IMG/VR virus record: IMGVR_UViG_3300045988_160394
Location: 32,001 to 96,000 of that record
Reading direction: 5' to 3' (one strand)
From: a virus
DNA: 64,000 bases
Under the pieces are notes generated by a model. That model did not search any database. It was given only the letters and a program-made list of their open reading frames with translations, and was not told where the DNA came from. Positions 1 through 11,293 of the stretch are shown piece by piece (position 1 is the first letter of the stretch; every line of letters starts with the position of its first letter). The translations under genes were made by a program, and so were the position numbers.

Positions 1-2
1 GA

Positions 3-1976
3 ACTTTTGAAACTAAAGCTTGTGAACATGGCTATGTAGTATTAGCAAATTCAGGTTTAACTAACAATTTTGAATATGAAGAGAAACAAGGCAAAGTTCA
101 AATCTATGGAGTAGATGTTGAATACGGCCCAAATAAATTAGCTAACTATACTACTGATTTAATAAGTGTAGACTTTGGTAAAGGTAAAGATAATATAGCT
201 AAAACTATTAACTATGTAAAGAAATCAGGATTATATGTTAATTTAGAAACTAAAGAATGTTATTTCGTAGTTAACTCAGATGTTATAACTGATGGAATGA
301 ATCTTATAGAAGGAGAAGAAGCTAAAAAAGTTTTATCTGATTGTACATTATATAAAGGATATAGTTGGTCAAACTCAGAGGAGAGAAATTTAAGAGCAAC
401 TCTAGTTAATGCTTCTAAATATGGAGCTAAAGAAAGAATAGAAAAACTTAATAAACAATTAGGTGGTTCTTTAGATTACTGGATGCATAAATCATTAGAT
501 TTTAAAGCTATTCAAAAATTAGCTGCTAGAAATGGATTACAAAATCCAGGTGCATTATTCTTAGGAGAGTTCGGAAATGAAGAATGGGGAGCTTTATTTT
601 TAAAGAAGAAGATAAGTGGTAATGCAGATGCTACTGAAAAGTATGGTAAATACTTAGAAGAAAGAGGAATAGAATTAGATGATTATATAATAGATGGTCA
701 GCATATTAAAAATGCTGCTTGGTTAGTAGATGTATTATATAAACATCATAATATACAAACTACAGAAAAGGCTGTTGCAGGTATAATGGAACAAGAAAGA
801 GCAGCTGGAGCTGGTAATAAATCAGCTGGATGTTATGAATATGAAGATATATTTAATACTATATTAGAATATTTAAAAGCTACTTATCAATATGTTATAA
901 TAGGCAATCCTAATAAAATAGCTGTTATACATGATACTAATAGTTCTAAAATACCTAATTATAATGGTAGTCATTTTAGAAGCATGGTATTAGATATAGC
1001 TAGTGCTAGTTCTTGTGCATATACATCAGGACAATTGTTATCTAAATTAATGTTTATAGATCAAATAGCTACTAGTAAATTCTTATATAAAAGAATGTAT
1101 GATAATATGATAGATATGGCTGATACAACTGTAGAAGAAAGTGAATTCAGTTTAACAGGAAGTTTATCTCAAGTATTATTTGGATTAAATAAAGATATGG
1201 CTAGTACAGATATATATGCATTATCATCATTAGGACAAGATTTGATGAAATTTGCTAAAGGAGCTATAACTAAAACTAGAGTCAAAATAAAAGGTTCTAA
1301 CTATAGAGCTCAATTTGAAAATACTTTTATGATTTCTGGAGATAAATATCAAAGATTATTAAAGACTACTCCAGAAGGATATGTTGAATGTTATAATTCT
1401 GATGTTATAGCAAAAAACAGAAAAGAAATAAGAAGAGTTGAGAAAGAATATAAAGCTAATTTAAAAATAATGAGTATAGCAGAAGCTAGAGAAATAAGAA
1501 GATTAGCTTTAAATGAATTTATGGTAGGTATGGCATTAAAATATCCTTGCCCTGGTAACTCAGAATTTGAATTATTCAGATTCTTAACTAATCAAGAAAT
1601 AGAAGAAAGAGCTTATGAACAATTAAACAAAGTAACTGCTGATAAAATATATAGATACTTTACTTCAAAAGCTGGCGGTTGTATTGTTATAGCTAATGAA
1701 AACATATTAAAACATAAACTAGCTGGTATGGATACAGATTTTGATGGCTTAACTGTTGTATTAGAAAAAGAATTAGTAGACATAGCTAAAACAGCTTATA
1801 TTTCTGGTTCTATCACTGGATTAAATAACATACCATCATATACTGTAATCTTAAACAAGATAAAGAATACTAGCTCTAATTTTAATATAGTTGAAAATTG
1901 TGTGGATTTAAAATTTAAACAAGAACTTAATCAAGAATTAAACAATATAAAATTATTGAATGGAGTTGATATCTAA
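3..1976 (+). CDS. large protein, 5'-truncated by window edge; acidic DxDxD-type motif (AGMDTDFDG) near C-terminus
   Basis: Frame of ORF 297..1976 stays open back to base 3, so the gene starts upstream of the window; motif seen in translation. Confidence 0.6.
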   Translation, partial: TFETKACEHGYVVLANSGLTNNFEYEEKQGKVQIYGVDVEYGPNKLANYTTDLISVDFGKGKDNIAKTINYVKKSGLYVNLETKECYFVVNSDVITDGMNLIEGEEAKKVLSDCTLYKGYSWSNSEERNLRATLVNASKYGAKERIEKLNKQLGGSLDYWMHKSLDFKAIQKLAARNGLQNPGALFLGEFGNEEWGALFLKKKISGNADATEKYGKYLEERGIELDDYIIDGQHIKNAAWLVDVLYKHHNIQTTEKAVAGIMEQERAAGAGNKSAGCYEYEDIFNTILEYLKATYQYVIIGNPNKIAVIHDTNSSKIPNYNGSHFRSMVLDIASASSCAYTSGQLLSKLMFIDQIATSKFLYKRMYDNMIDMADTTVEESEFSLTGSLSQVLFGLNKDMASTDIYALSSLGQDLMKFAKGAITKTRVKIKGSNYRAQFENTFMISGDKYQRLLKTTPEGYVECYNSDVIAKNRKEIRRVEKEYKANLKIMSIAEAREIRRLALNEFMVGMALKYPCPGNSEFELFRFLTNQEIEERAYEQLNKVTADKIYRYFTSKAGGCIVIANENILKHKLAGMDTDFDGLTVVLEKELVDIAKTAYISGSITGLNNIPSYTVILNKIKNTSSNFNIVENCVDLKFKQELNQELNNIKLLNGVDI

Positions 1977-2208
1977 TATGGTAAAGACTATAACTAAGAA
2001 TAATTACTATAAAGAATGTGAAAAAGGAGACGTATTAATAGTAGATTATAAAAATAGTGGAAAATATTTATTTCTTATAGAAAGAATAGATAAAGAAAAT
2101 AAAACATTAGTTTTAAGAGATAGATTTCATCCTAATTATAGAGCAGAAAGCTTTTTTAATTTTGATAATCTAGAAAACGTAAATAAAATAATAAGAGTTC
2201 GTTTATAA
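1960..2208 (+). CDS. hypothetical protein (start may be ATG 1978)
   Basis: ORF track; co-oriented, abuts previous gene. Confidence 0.5.
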   Translation: MELISNMVKTITKNNYYKECEKGDVLIVDYKNSGKYLFLIERIDKENKTLVLRDRFHPNYRAESFFNFDNLENVNKIIRVRL

Positions 2209-2235
2209 AAAAATAGTTTTTTAGGAGTGTAGAAT

Positions 2236-4113
2236 ATGTTTAATATAGATACTTTAAAACAAGGAATTAACTTAAAGGAATCTAAAAGTTTAATTAGAAT
2301 AGCCAATAATGGGCAAGAACTGATGTATAAGTATTTATCAGGAGCAGACGATAATAGTACATACACTGCTCAAAATGTTAAATACATTATGGAAATGCAC
2401 GGTAATATAGATTGGAATAAAGTAGAAGATAAATCAAATGCTTTATTTAGTATAGGATATTCAGATCAAGGTAATATAATAGGTTTATTGACTAATACAA
2501 ATGCATTATTACAAGATATGCTTATATATTCAGATTTAGCAACAGCTAAAAAGAATTTATCAACAGTATTAAGCATTGAAGTAGGAGTTAATAAAATACC
2601 AGGTAAAAGATATGCAGTTAATGGGGCCTCTCCATTAACTTTTTCTTTGCCTGTAATAACTAAAGGTGGATACAAAACTTTAGCTACAGTTATTCATAAA
2701 GCTCATGCTGATAAGTTTGTAGAAATATTAAAAACTATAGATATAAACGCATTAACAAAAGAAGATATGATTTTAATAGCTAAAGATTTCGGGTTTATAT
2801 CAAGAACTCAAGAATTAGCTATAGACGTAGCAAAAGATAAGACAATAGAAATTGTAGATACTTCTGAATGGTTAAATCCAGGAGTTAAGGCAAATAATTT
2901 CTGGTTAGCTAAACAAGATAATGTAGAAGGATGGTATGCTAAAGATAATCTTAATGAAATTATTAAATCATTTAAAGAATGCAAGCCAATGCCTGATTTT
3001 ATAATAGAACCAAATGTTCCTGAAGAAGTATTAGATAAGATTTATACTACAGTAAATACTTCTGAATCTTTAGCAAGAGAAGCATTAATGCAAGCTACTA
3101 AAGATTATTTTAATAATACTTATAAAGATATGATTAGATACTCTCAAGAAACTCATTTAAATAAAGTAGCTAAATCTAAAGCTTTAGAATATAAACTATT
3201 ATCAGAAGCTATTAGAAATGTATTATTTGCTTATAGAAGTTTTGTTATAGATAACATACCAAAAGAAATGCCAACAGATATAGAAACATCTATGTTATTA
3301 AATAAAGAAATAAAAGCTAAAACAAATGCTTTTGCTAAAATATGTAGAAACACTATATATAAATTAGGTGAGACAGCAGGATTGGATGCATGTCTTATAT
3401 CATTAATAGCTTATGGTACAGATTTAATAGAAGTATCTAAAGATGAAGGGAAATATTTCAGAGCTATAATGCCAGAAGAGTTCAAAAAATTATATGCTAA
3501 AGATAAAACTGTTGAAAAGAAAGAAAAATTATTCTTCGTAGATGATTTCGTTAAAGATATGATAGACGAAGGAGAAGAATATGTAGTTAACTTTGTTGAT
3601 GGACAAGCTTTTGATAAAGATGGCATATTAATAGCTAAAGCAAGTTACAAATATAATGCTACTAATGCTAAAATAGTAGAAGATGAGTTTTCAGGAAGAT
3701 ATTATGCTGTTATAGAAGAAAATATAGAATTATCTCCTGTAGGAAACGAAGTATTAATAAGAATAGAAAATGCTGATAAACAATTCGTAGAAAAAACTAA
3801 ATTAATATATATACCTAAAACAAATATGAATAACAACGTAATTGTTGAAAATTCATGTGGAGAAACTTTTGCTAGAGGTAATTTTGGTTATAGATCAGTT
3901 CTACCAATAAGTTATAAATTAATGCTTTTAAACAATCAGAATTTAAATGAATATTATAAAAATAATAAAGAATTTGTTGTAGAGCAATTAATCAATAATG
4001 TAGAACAAATTAAGCAATATAATTTATTAAATGAAATTTATATAGATAAAATTATTACTGTAAATCAAGATAATGAAGATTATAAAACAGATTACGCTGT
4101 TATAATATTATAA
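2236..4113 (+). CDS. hypothetical large protein (625 aa)
   Basis: Long ORF, RBS-like aggag upstream of ATG 2236. Confidence 0.65.
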   Translation: MFNIDTLKQGINLKESKSLIRIANNGQELMYKYLSGADDNSTYTAQNVKYIMEMHGNIDWNKVEDKSNALFSIGYSDQGNIIGLLTNTNALLQDMLIYSDLATAKKNLSTVLSIEVGVNKIPGKRYAVNGASPLTFSLPVITKGGYKTLATVIHKAHADKFVEILKTIDINALTKEDMILIAKDFGFISRTQELAIDVAKDKTIEIVDTSEWLNPGVKANNFWLAKQDNVEGWYAKDNLNEIIKSFKECKPMPDFIIEPNVPEEVLDKIYTTVNTSESLAREALMQATKDYFNNTYKDMIRYSQETHLNKVAKSKALEYKLLSEAIRNVLFAYRSFVIDNIPKEMPTDIETSMLLNKEIKAKTNAFAKICRNTIYKLGETAGLDACLISLIAYGTDLIEVSKDEGKYFRAIMPEEFKKLYAKDKTVEKKEKLFFVDDFVKDMIDEGEEYVVNFVDGQAFDKDGILIAKASYKYNATNAKIVEDEFSGRYYAVIEENIELSPVGNEVLIRIENADKQFVEKTKLIYIPKTNMNNNVIVENSCGETFARGNFGYRSVLPISYKLMLLNNQNLNEYYKNNKEFVVEQLINNVEQIKQYNLLNEIYIDKIITVNQDNEDYKTDYAVIIL

Positions 4114-4141
4114 TAATATTTTTTAGGGGGAAGAAAAAATA

Positions 4142-4774
4142 ATGAAAAAAGACAATTTTGAAATTAAGATTGAGGGATTGAAATACGGTAGTTATAGTAA
4201 AGAATTAAATGATATAGATTACCGTACAGCAGTAAAAATTTATTGTGAAACGCAGCAAAAGTTTAAAGGGATTGATTGTGATGTAATACTCTATAGAGTA
4301 TCTATAGATAGTGAAACTGGTAAAAAGACTAGGAAGTTGGAATATAAGAATCATATAGGTCAAAACACTATTATAGATAATAAGTTGAGACAAGTATTAA
4401 AAATATTTAAAGAAATAGAGGATATAAAACAGTTTCATAGAGAAACATCTTATACTGGAACAAATGAGTTTAATGATGTTAGGCATGTTATAGAATTAGG
4501 GCATACTAATGACTTATCTCCAGAAGAATGTAAAAAGATTTTTAATAGTATTAGGGATAAGGCTTTAGTAAGAAGACATTCTAAATCTGAATATGAATTA
4601 ATAAAAGAAATAAATGATGAATTTGGTCATATTCAAATAAAAACAAAGAATGTATTAGATAAATGTAGAAAAATAAGACACAATTCTAAGACAGCTAAAG
4701 CTATTAACAATGCAGCTGTAGCTGATGAAAAGTATAAAAATACATTACAATTATTATTGAAAGAATACATATAG
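4142..4774 (+). CDS. hypothetical protein
   Basis: ORF track; ggggg RBS-like upstream. Confidence 0.6.
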   Translation: MKKDNFEIKIEGLKYGSYSKELNDIDYRTAVKIYCETQQKFKGIDCDVILYRVSIDSETGKKTRKLEYKNHIGQNTIIDNKLRQVLKIFKEIEDIKQFHRETSYTGTNEFNDVRHVIELGHTNDLSPEECKKIFNSIRDKALVRRHSKSEYELIKEINDEFGHIQIKTKNVLDKCRKIRHNSKTAKAINNAAVADEKYKNTLQLLLKEYI

Positions 4775-4789
4775 CAAGGAGAGATTGAT

Positions 4790-6229
4790 ATGGAATTATT
4801 ATTAAAAGAAGAATTAGATGAAGTTATAGAAGAAGTAGAACAAAAAGAATTTATAGAAAAGAAATATGATTTTCCTTATAAGCAATATGTTGCTGTTATG
4901 AGAGATAGAGGAAGAAGTGCCAATTATGTAGTATGTTTAGGATGTGGCGAGAAAAAACGTTCAGAAGGATATTTTTCAGATTACAATTTAAAAGGATTAC
5001 CTGATTGTGATTGTGCTAGAAGCAATACTTTGTTCTGTTCTTTTGTTAACTATGACCAACAAGTAGCTAGTGCTATTCATGTTTCGAAAGTTAAATACAA
5101 TAAAAAATACTTTGAAACCACTATTCAAAATATACGATTTACTTTTGATTATAATGAAAAAATAATGTTTTATGAAAAAACTTCTGAAAGAGTTGTTTCA
5201 GAAGTTACTGTTAAATTTGAAATATTAGAATATAGAGCTAAACAAAACAAAATGGGTGGTTTTATAGAAACTAAAAATTATAATTCAGATGGAACATTTT
5301 ATACTGATAGATATACTTTAACTAAAAATAATTTTAATGAAGCATTCAATTATTATTATAATAATGATTTGGTAGATTTTAAAGAAAACATTATTAAATT
5401 AGGGTTAGCTCCATATAGAAAAACATCTGCCATGGTTAGTGATAATTTATGGTTAATATATACAAACTATAGAAGATTTAATTTTTTAATAGAAAATAAT
5501 ATTGGAGTATTAGAAGCTGATAATTTAGAAGAAAAAGCTAGGAATATAGAATTTATAAAAAATAAACCATTTTATTTTAAAATAGTTTCTGAAAAAATAG
5601 AAAAAAGAAGAAAAGATATATTAGAAGAAGAATTTGATTCACTTGGATATGATGGATATCATGTATATATGAGTTGGATACTTAATGAATATCCAACTGA
5701 AGATCCAAGATATTATGAAGTTTATAAATTAATATGTGAAATTGAAGATGATGATAAATACTATTTTGGATATCAAAAAAAAGATTTAGCTTTATTATTT
5801 GTAAAATGTGGCTATACAGATGAAGAAATAGATGCATATATTGAAGCATGTTTAAGGCAGTCATATAAAATACAAAATACTCATCTTAAAGATACTAAAA
5901 AAGTATTAGATATAGCAAATATTCCAATTGTAAAAATACCTAAAGAAATGCATGTGTTTTATAACAAAATGGATTTCCTTGAGAGGTTTGCTGGTAGAGG
6001 CGATCAATATAAAGAAATAATTAAAAAAGCTTTTAATATGAAAAATGGACAAGATATATTAGATAAATTTATATATTTAATTCATAAAAAAGGATGTGCT
6101 CCTAGAATTACTAAAAGGAATAAAGTATTGATTTTTCAGAATTATGATTTTGTTACTTACTATAATAAAGAATTAAAAGAGATATCAGTAGAAGAAGCAA
6201 AAAAATTAGCTGGAAAGGAGTTAAAATAA
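4790..6229 (+). CDS. hypothetical protein with Cys cluster (CLGCG...CDC)
   Basis: ORF track; aaggagag RBS upstream. Confidence 0.6.
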   Translation: MELLLKEELDEVIEEVEQKEFIEKKYDFPYKQYVAVMRDRGRSANYVVCLGCGEKKRSEGYFSDYNLKGLPDCDCARSNTLFCSFVNYDQQVASAIHVSKVKYNKKYFETTIQNIRFTFDYNEKIMFYEKTSERVVSEVTVKFEILEYRAKQNKMGGFIETKNYNSDGTFYTDRYTLTKNNFNEAFNYYYNNDLVDFKENIIKLGLAPYRKTSAMVSDNLWLIYTNYRRFNFLIENNIGVLEADNLEEKARNIEFIKNKPFYFKIVSEKIEKRRKDILEEEFDSLGYDGYHVYMSWILNEYPTEDPRYYEVYKLICEIEDDDKYYFGYQKKDLALLFVKCGYTDEEIDAYIEACLRQSYKIQNTHLKDTKKVLDIANIPIVKIPKEMHVFYNKMDFLERFAGRGDQYKEIIKKAFNMKNGQDILDKFIYLIHKKGCAPRITKRNKVLIFQNYDFVTYYNKELKEISVEEAKKLAGKELK

Positions 6230-6230
6230 G

Positions 6231-7718
6231 ATGATTGAATCAAAAGATATAATAAATTCATTTAAAAATTATACTAATACAGCTATATCACATGCAATGC
6301 CAGGGTATAAATATAGATATGTCGAATGCACTTGTGGTTATAAATCACATGTAGATAAGAAAACTTATCTTTCTCATTGTCCAAATTGCGGATGTAAAGT
6401 TTATATAAAAGATGATATGTTTTTTGGAGAAGCAACTCATCAACATAACATATCAGAATCATTTCCATTAAATGATAAAGATTATTATAGATTCGGCATT
6501 CTTATCTCTTCAAAGAATATTAAATATAAAATAAATTTTTCAAAAAAAATATTAAAAGATTTTAGATGTGAAAATGATTCACTGTTAGTATTTTTCGATG
6601 GATATGAAAAAGAAGAAGATAAAATCATGAGATTTATTGATATGAATACTGAAAAAGAAATAACTAAAGAAGAGTTTTTATCATTATCATCTACTAAAGA
6701 AATAGTTAATCTTTGTTATAGAAATGAATCTAGATATAAAAGATTTGCAAATAATAGTTATAGTTATATGAGCATATATACTTTTATGAATATTCTTAAA
6801 TCAATGATGATTGATTTTATATCAAATCCATATTATGAAATATTAGTTAAGGCTGGTATAGACCCTTATGAAATTTCTTCAGGTTTTAATTTAACAGTTA
6901 ATAAAGAAGGTAAATCTCCTTCAGAAATATTAGGTATAAAGAAATATTCATTAAATAAACTTAAAAAATATAAAACTAAATATATACCAATTAGAGAGGT
7001 TGAAGAACGATTAGGCTCAAAAATGGTTCAATATTATGATATATTTGTTGATGATTCTAATTGGAGTAGTGATGCTTTATGCTCAGATAATGTTGAAAAA
7101 ATTTCTTATATAATAAAAAATACTGGTATATCATTAAGCAAATTACATGAATATATAGATAGTTGCTATTCAAAACAATATATGTATCACTATGGCGAAT
7201 CATATATTTTAAATCTATATTATGATAGCTTAATAATGGCAGAGCAATTAGAGATACCTTTTGATAAGACTCCTAGATCTTTACAAAGATATCATGATGT
7301 TTTAACAAAAGAATGTAAACTTGTTGAAGATGAAATTAAATCAAGACAAATAGCAGAACAAATGGATAAATATAATTCTTTAGAATTAATTTCTGAAAAA
7401 GATGAAGACGGTAAATTTAAGAATAAATATTCTATAATATTACCTAGAAGTACTGGAGATGTTATCAACGAGGGAAAAACAATGCATCATTGTGTAGGAA
7501 GTTATGTTGATAGAATAATAAGAGGTCAATCTATTATACTGTTCTTAAGAAAATCTGATGATATTAATGGAAGAAGTATAGCTACATTTGAAGTTAATCC
7601 TAAGAATAAAAGAATAGTTCAAATACAAGCTTCTTATAACCAAAGACCTGAACAATCAGCTATTGATTTTATAAAGAAATGGTGTAAAAAACACGAAATA
7701 GATTGCAGCAGATATTAA
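6231..7718 (+). CDS. protein with PcfJ-like C-terminal domain (GKTMHHCVGSYVDRII...ILFLR)
   Basis: N-terminal CxxC..CxxC ribbon; C-terminal HCVGSY motif recalled from PcfJ-like family. Confidence 0.55.
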   Translation: MIESKDIINSFKNYTNTAISHAMPGYKYRYVECTCGYKSHVDKKTYLSHCPNCGCKVYIKDDMFFGEATHQHNISESFPLNDKDYYRFGILISSKNIKYKINFSKKILKDFRCENDSLLVFFDGYEKEEDKIMRFIDMNTEKEITKEEFLSLSSTKEIVNLCYRNESRYKRFANNSYSYMSIYTFMNILKSMMIDFISNPYYEILVKAGIDPYEISSGFNLTVNKEGKSPSEILGIKKYSLNKLKKYKTKYIPIREVEERLGSKMVQYYDIFVDDSNWSSDALCSDNVEKISYIIKNTGISLSKLHEYIDSCYSKQYMYHYGESYILNLYYDSLIMAEQLEIPFDKTPRSLQRYHDVLTKECKLVEDEIKSRQIAEQMDKYNSLELISEKDEDGKFKNKYSIILPRSTGDVINEGKTMHHCVGSYVDRIIRGQSIILFLRKSDDINGRSIATFEVNPKNKRIVQIQASYNQRPEQSAIDFIKKWCKKHEIDCSRY

Positions 7719-7737
7719 AATTAGGAGGAATAAAACA

Positions 7738-8703
7738 ATGATAAAAGAAAGAATTAGAATATTTACTCATACAGATTTAGATGGAGTAGGGAGTGTAGTG
7801 CTAATGAATGCACTCTCTACTAAAACAGAATGTATTAATTATACATCTCATAATTATCAAAATATAGATAAATCTATTATAGATTTTTATGAATCCGATG
7901 AGTATTTAGAATATGATAAAGTTTATATAACAGATATTAGCGTAAGAGAAGAAAAAGCTATTAAAGCTATAATAGAGATGAGAAAATCAATAGAAGTGTT
8001 ATTATTTGATCATCATGAAACAGCTGAAGAATTGAATAAATATGATTGGGCTACTGTTATCCCTAATAATACTCAAGAAAAAGATACATGTGGTACAGAA
8101 CTATTTTATAGATATTTATTAGAACTTTATAAAAATGATGATTATATATCAGGGATATTAAATAACATGGCTACTATAAAATATGTAGAATTAACTAGAT
8201 CTTATGATACATGGGATTGGGCCGCAACTAATAATGAAGAAGCTAATGATTTAAATAAATTATTTAGCATAAATAAAAAATATGAATTTATAGATGAGAT
8301 GTCATCAATTATAAAGTATAATAAAGATATATTTTCAGTTGAAAGTGAAAGCATGTTAAAAGCTTATGAAAATATATATCAAAAATATGCTTATAGAAAA
8401 CTAAAAGAAGTTAAACATTGTCATATAAATGGAGAAGTAGCAGGAGTAGTTTTTGCAGAAGATTATCAATCTGCATTAGCTCATGATATGTTAGATAAAA
8501 TTCAAATAATAGACGTAGCTGTTTTAGTTAATCCATCTACAGGACAAGTATCTTTTAGATCAAGAGAAGGCGGCCCAAATGTAAGAGTAATAGCAGAAGA
8601 AAGAAATGGTGGAGGACATACTAATGCTTCTGGTTGCTATTTAGGAGACAAATTTGTTGAAAAATTAGAATTATTATTATGTGAAGAATTAGGATGTGAA
8701 TAA
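7738..8703 (+). CDS. DHH/DHHA1 family phosphoesterase (NrnA/RecJ-like)
   Basis: Motifs HTDLDGVGS, DHH (LLFDHHET), GGGHTNASG. Confidence 0.8.
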   Translation: MIKERIRIFTHTDLDGVGSVVLMNALSTKTECINYTSHNYQNIDKSIIDFYESDEYLEYDKVYITDISVREEKAIKAIIEMRKSIEVLLFDHHETAEELNKYDWATVIPNNTQEKDTCGTELFYRYLLELYKNDDYISGILNNMATIKYVELTRSYDTWDWAATNNEEANDLNKLFSINKKYEFIDEMSSIIKYNKDIFSVESESMLKAYENIYQKYAYRKLKEVKHCHINGEVAGVVFAEDYQSALAHDMLDKIQIIDVAVLVNPSTGQVSFRSREGGPNVRVIAEERNGGGHTNASGCYLGDKFVEKLELLLCEELGCE

Positions 8704-9097
8704 ATTGAGTTTATTTAAAAGAATCGTAAAAAGATTTGAGAATAAAACAAAAGAATCAGAAAGATTTATTAGCAAAAGTAAAATAATAGCAAGAAATGAA
8801 GCTATAGAGAAATATTATGAATTAGAAAAAACTAATAGTTTAAAAAGTTGTTTAGCTTGTAAAAATAGAGCATCAACTATTGATTATGATTTTGGATTAA
8901 TGCATTATTGCGAACTTAAAAGCCCTTTTTACTCATCTGATAAAGGAATAGATTGTTCAAAACAATGTAGATATTTTAATCAAAGAGATATTCTTGCATT
9001 AGGAAAAGAATATCTAGAAGAAGATAAGAAATTTTTAGAAGAAAAACAATCACAAGAGGAGTTAATAGATCCTCCTCTTGAACATCACACTTATTAG
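8696..9097 (+). CDS. hypothetical Cys-rich protein
   Basis: ORF track, overlaps previous stop. Confidence 0.5.
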   Translation: MNKLSLFKRIVKRFENKTKESERFISKSKIIARNEAIEKYYELEKTNSLKSCLACKNRASTIDYDFGLMHYCELKSPFYSSDKGIDCSKQCRYFNQRDILALGKEYLEEDKKFLEEKQSQEELIDPPLEHHTY

Positions 9098-9201
9098 AGG
9101 TGTTATATGAAATATGTTAATTATATTTTAAACATAATAGTTATTTTTTTACTTATACTTATATTTGATAGGTTAGAATTTATTACTGAGGTGATTGTAA
9201 A

Positions 9202-11238
9202 ATGAGTTTAGGAAAAGAAGCTCTAAGAGGCATATTAAAAGCATATGAAGAAGCTTATTATTCTGGTGAAAGTGTTGTATCAGATGAAGAATATGATGGA
9301 TTAAAAGACTTGTACGTAGAAATGTATGGGGAATACGACTTTGTTCCAGGAGAAGGAAATACAGAGTTTGAAAAAGTAAAGCATTTATATCCATTAAAAT
9401 CTTTAGAAAAAGTTCAATTAAATGATCCAGATTTAAAAGAGAAAGTTAGAAAAATGTTACCATTAGTTATTCAACCTAAATTTGATGGATTATCAATAGA
9501 AATAACTAAGGTTAATGGTAAACTTAAATTTGTTACTAGAGGTAACGGAGAAGAAGGAGACGATGTAACTGCTCAATGTATGCAAATAGAAGGAATAGAA
9601 GAGCTATTAAATTTATTTGACAATGAAGAACAATCATTTAGAGCAGAAATTTTAATGTTTCATTCCGATTTTGAAAAGCTAAATAAACAAAGAGCTGAAG
9701 ACGGTTTAGAATTATTTAAGAACTGTAGAAATGCTGCTGCTGGAATGCTTAGAAATACAAACGATTTATCTAAGATAAATGGATTAACAATAATGTTATA
9801 TGAAGATTTATCTTCAATAGATACTCAAACAAATGTAATATGTTATATGCAAAATAAATTAAAAAACCCTGAATCAAATATATTAATATCTCCAACATTT
9901 TTATATATAGATGATGAAGAATATTTAGAAAAAGCTATTAAAAAACTACATTCATTAGAAGAGTTTAGAACAGAAATCGATTATGATATAGATGGATGGG
10001 TTATTAAATCTAATAAGTATAACAGTTTAGAATTGTTTGGAGGATATACAGGGCATCATCCTAAAAACGCTTTTGCTGTTAAAGGAGAAGCTAAAGGAGA
10101 ATGGACTAAAATAAAATCTATTACATGGCAAGTAGGTAAAGAAAATATAACTCCTGTAGCAGAATTAGAACCAGTTGAAATAACAGGATCAACTATAGAA
10201 AGAGCTACACTTCATAATGTATCTTTCTTAAAAGCTATTGGATTAACATCTTTAGAGTACAAAGATAAATATGGAACACAACCTTTAACAATGGTTAGAG
10301 TAGTAAAAGCTAATGATGTTATACCTAGAATAATAGAAGTAAAAAATCCTGAAAATGAAGACAATGCTCATAGTTATTCTAATATAATTCATCCACCAAG
10401 TAAATGTCCAGTATGTGGAGCACCTACAGCTATTAAAGATACTGAATCAGATAGTGAAATACTTATATGTACAGGGAATAATTGTCCTGCTAAAATGCAA
10501 AGAAAAATGGAGCTTATGTCTTCAAGAGAAGCTTTTAATATAACAGGACTATCAGAAGGAACTATAGCTAAAATAATAGATACATTTGATTTAGAAAGCT
10601 ATAGAGATGTATTATTAATGAATAAAGAAGATATTTTAAAATTGGATGGTTTTGCTGAAAAATCAGCTGATAAATTAGAAAAGGCAATTTATAAAGCTAG
10701 AGAAACTCAACCAATAGATAAAGTATTGTATGCTTCATGTATTCCGTTAATAGGAAGAGATGCTTGTAAGAAAATATTTGAATATTATACTATAAAAGAG
10801 TTTGAAGAAATATTAGAGAAAGATGAAGAAGATGCATTAAAAGATTTAACAGCTATACCTACAATAGGAGAAAAAATGGCTAAATCTTTATATGATAATA
10901 AGATAGAATATTATTATACTTCAGAATATATTTATCGTATGACAGATATAAAGAAAGAAGATAAAAAAGAAGTAAAGAATCAAAAAACTTTTTGTATCAC
11001 AGGACAAAGAGAGCCATTTAAGACTATAATAGAAGAAGCTGGTCATAAAGTAACAGGTTCTGTTTCTAAGAAAACAGATGCTTTAGTATGCTATATACCA
11101 GACGAAGAAGACACTCCTGATAGAAAGAAATCATCTAAAGAAAAGAATGCAGAAAAATTAGGAATAAAGATACTAAGAACTGAACCAGCTTTAAGAAACT
11201 ATATCAATGGTATAGATTGTGGTTTTATGTTTAAATAA
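9202..11238 (+). CDS. ligA: NAD-dependent DNA ligase
   Basis: KxDG adenylation motif (IQPKFDGLSIE), Cys4 zinc finger (CPVCG...CTGNNCPAK), HhH region, C-terminal BRCT-like (FCITGQ...). Confidence 0.9.
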   Translation: MSLGKEALRGILKAYEEAYYSGESVVSDEEYDGLKDLYVEMYGEYDFVPGEGNTEFEKVKHLYPLKSLEKVQLNDPDLKEKVRKMLPLVIQPKFDGLSIEITKVNGKLKFVTRGNGEEGDDVTAQCMQIEGIEELLNLFDNEEQSFRAEILMFHSDFEKLNKQRAEDGLELFKNCRNAAAGMLRNTNDLSKINGLTIMLYEDLSSIDTQTNVICYMQNKLKNPESNILISPTFLYIDDEEYLEKAIKKLHSLEEFRTEIDYDIDGWVIKSNKYNSLELFGGYTGHHPKNAFAVKGEAKGEWTKIKSITWQVGKENITPVAELEPVEITGSTIERATLHNVSFLKAIGLTSLEYKDKYGTQPLTMVRVVKANDVIPRIIEVKNPENEDNAHSYSNIIHPPSKCPVCGAPTAIKDTESDSEILICTGNNCPAKMQRKMELMSSREAFNITGLSEGTIAKIIDTFDLESYRDVLLMNKEDILKLDGFAEKSADKLEKAIYKARETQPIDKVLYASCIPLIGRDACKKIFEYYTIKEFEEILEKDEEDALKDLTAIPTIGEKMAKSLYDNKIEYYYTSEYIYRMTDIKKEDKKEVKNQKTFCITGQREPFKTIIEEAGHKVTGSVSKKTDALVCYIPDEEDTPDRKKSSKEKNAEKLGIKILRTEPALRNYINGIDCGFMFK

Positions 11239-11264
11239 GAGGGGTTATCCCTCTTATTCTTTTT
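11237..11264 (+). terminator. intrinsic terminator after ligA
   Basis: agaggg-gttat-ccctct hairpin followed by T-rich tract. Confidence 0.6.
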
Positions 11265-11293
11265 ACATAATATATAGTAATGGGGGAGTAAAA

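Noticed and set aside
9108-9209. 33-codon hydrophobic mini-ORF (MKYVNYILNIIVIFLLILIF...) between 8696..9097 and ligA
   Set aside because: It has an RBS-like aggtg and would need TGA=Trp near its end. It is too short and compositionally trivial to call without expression data.
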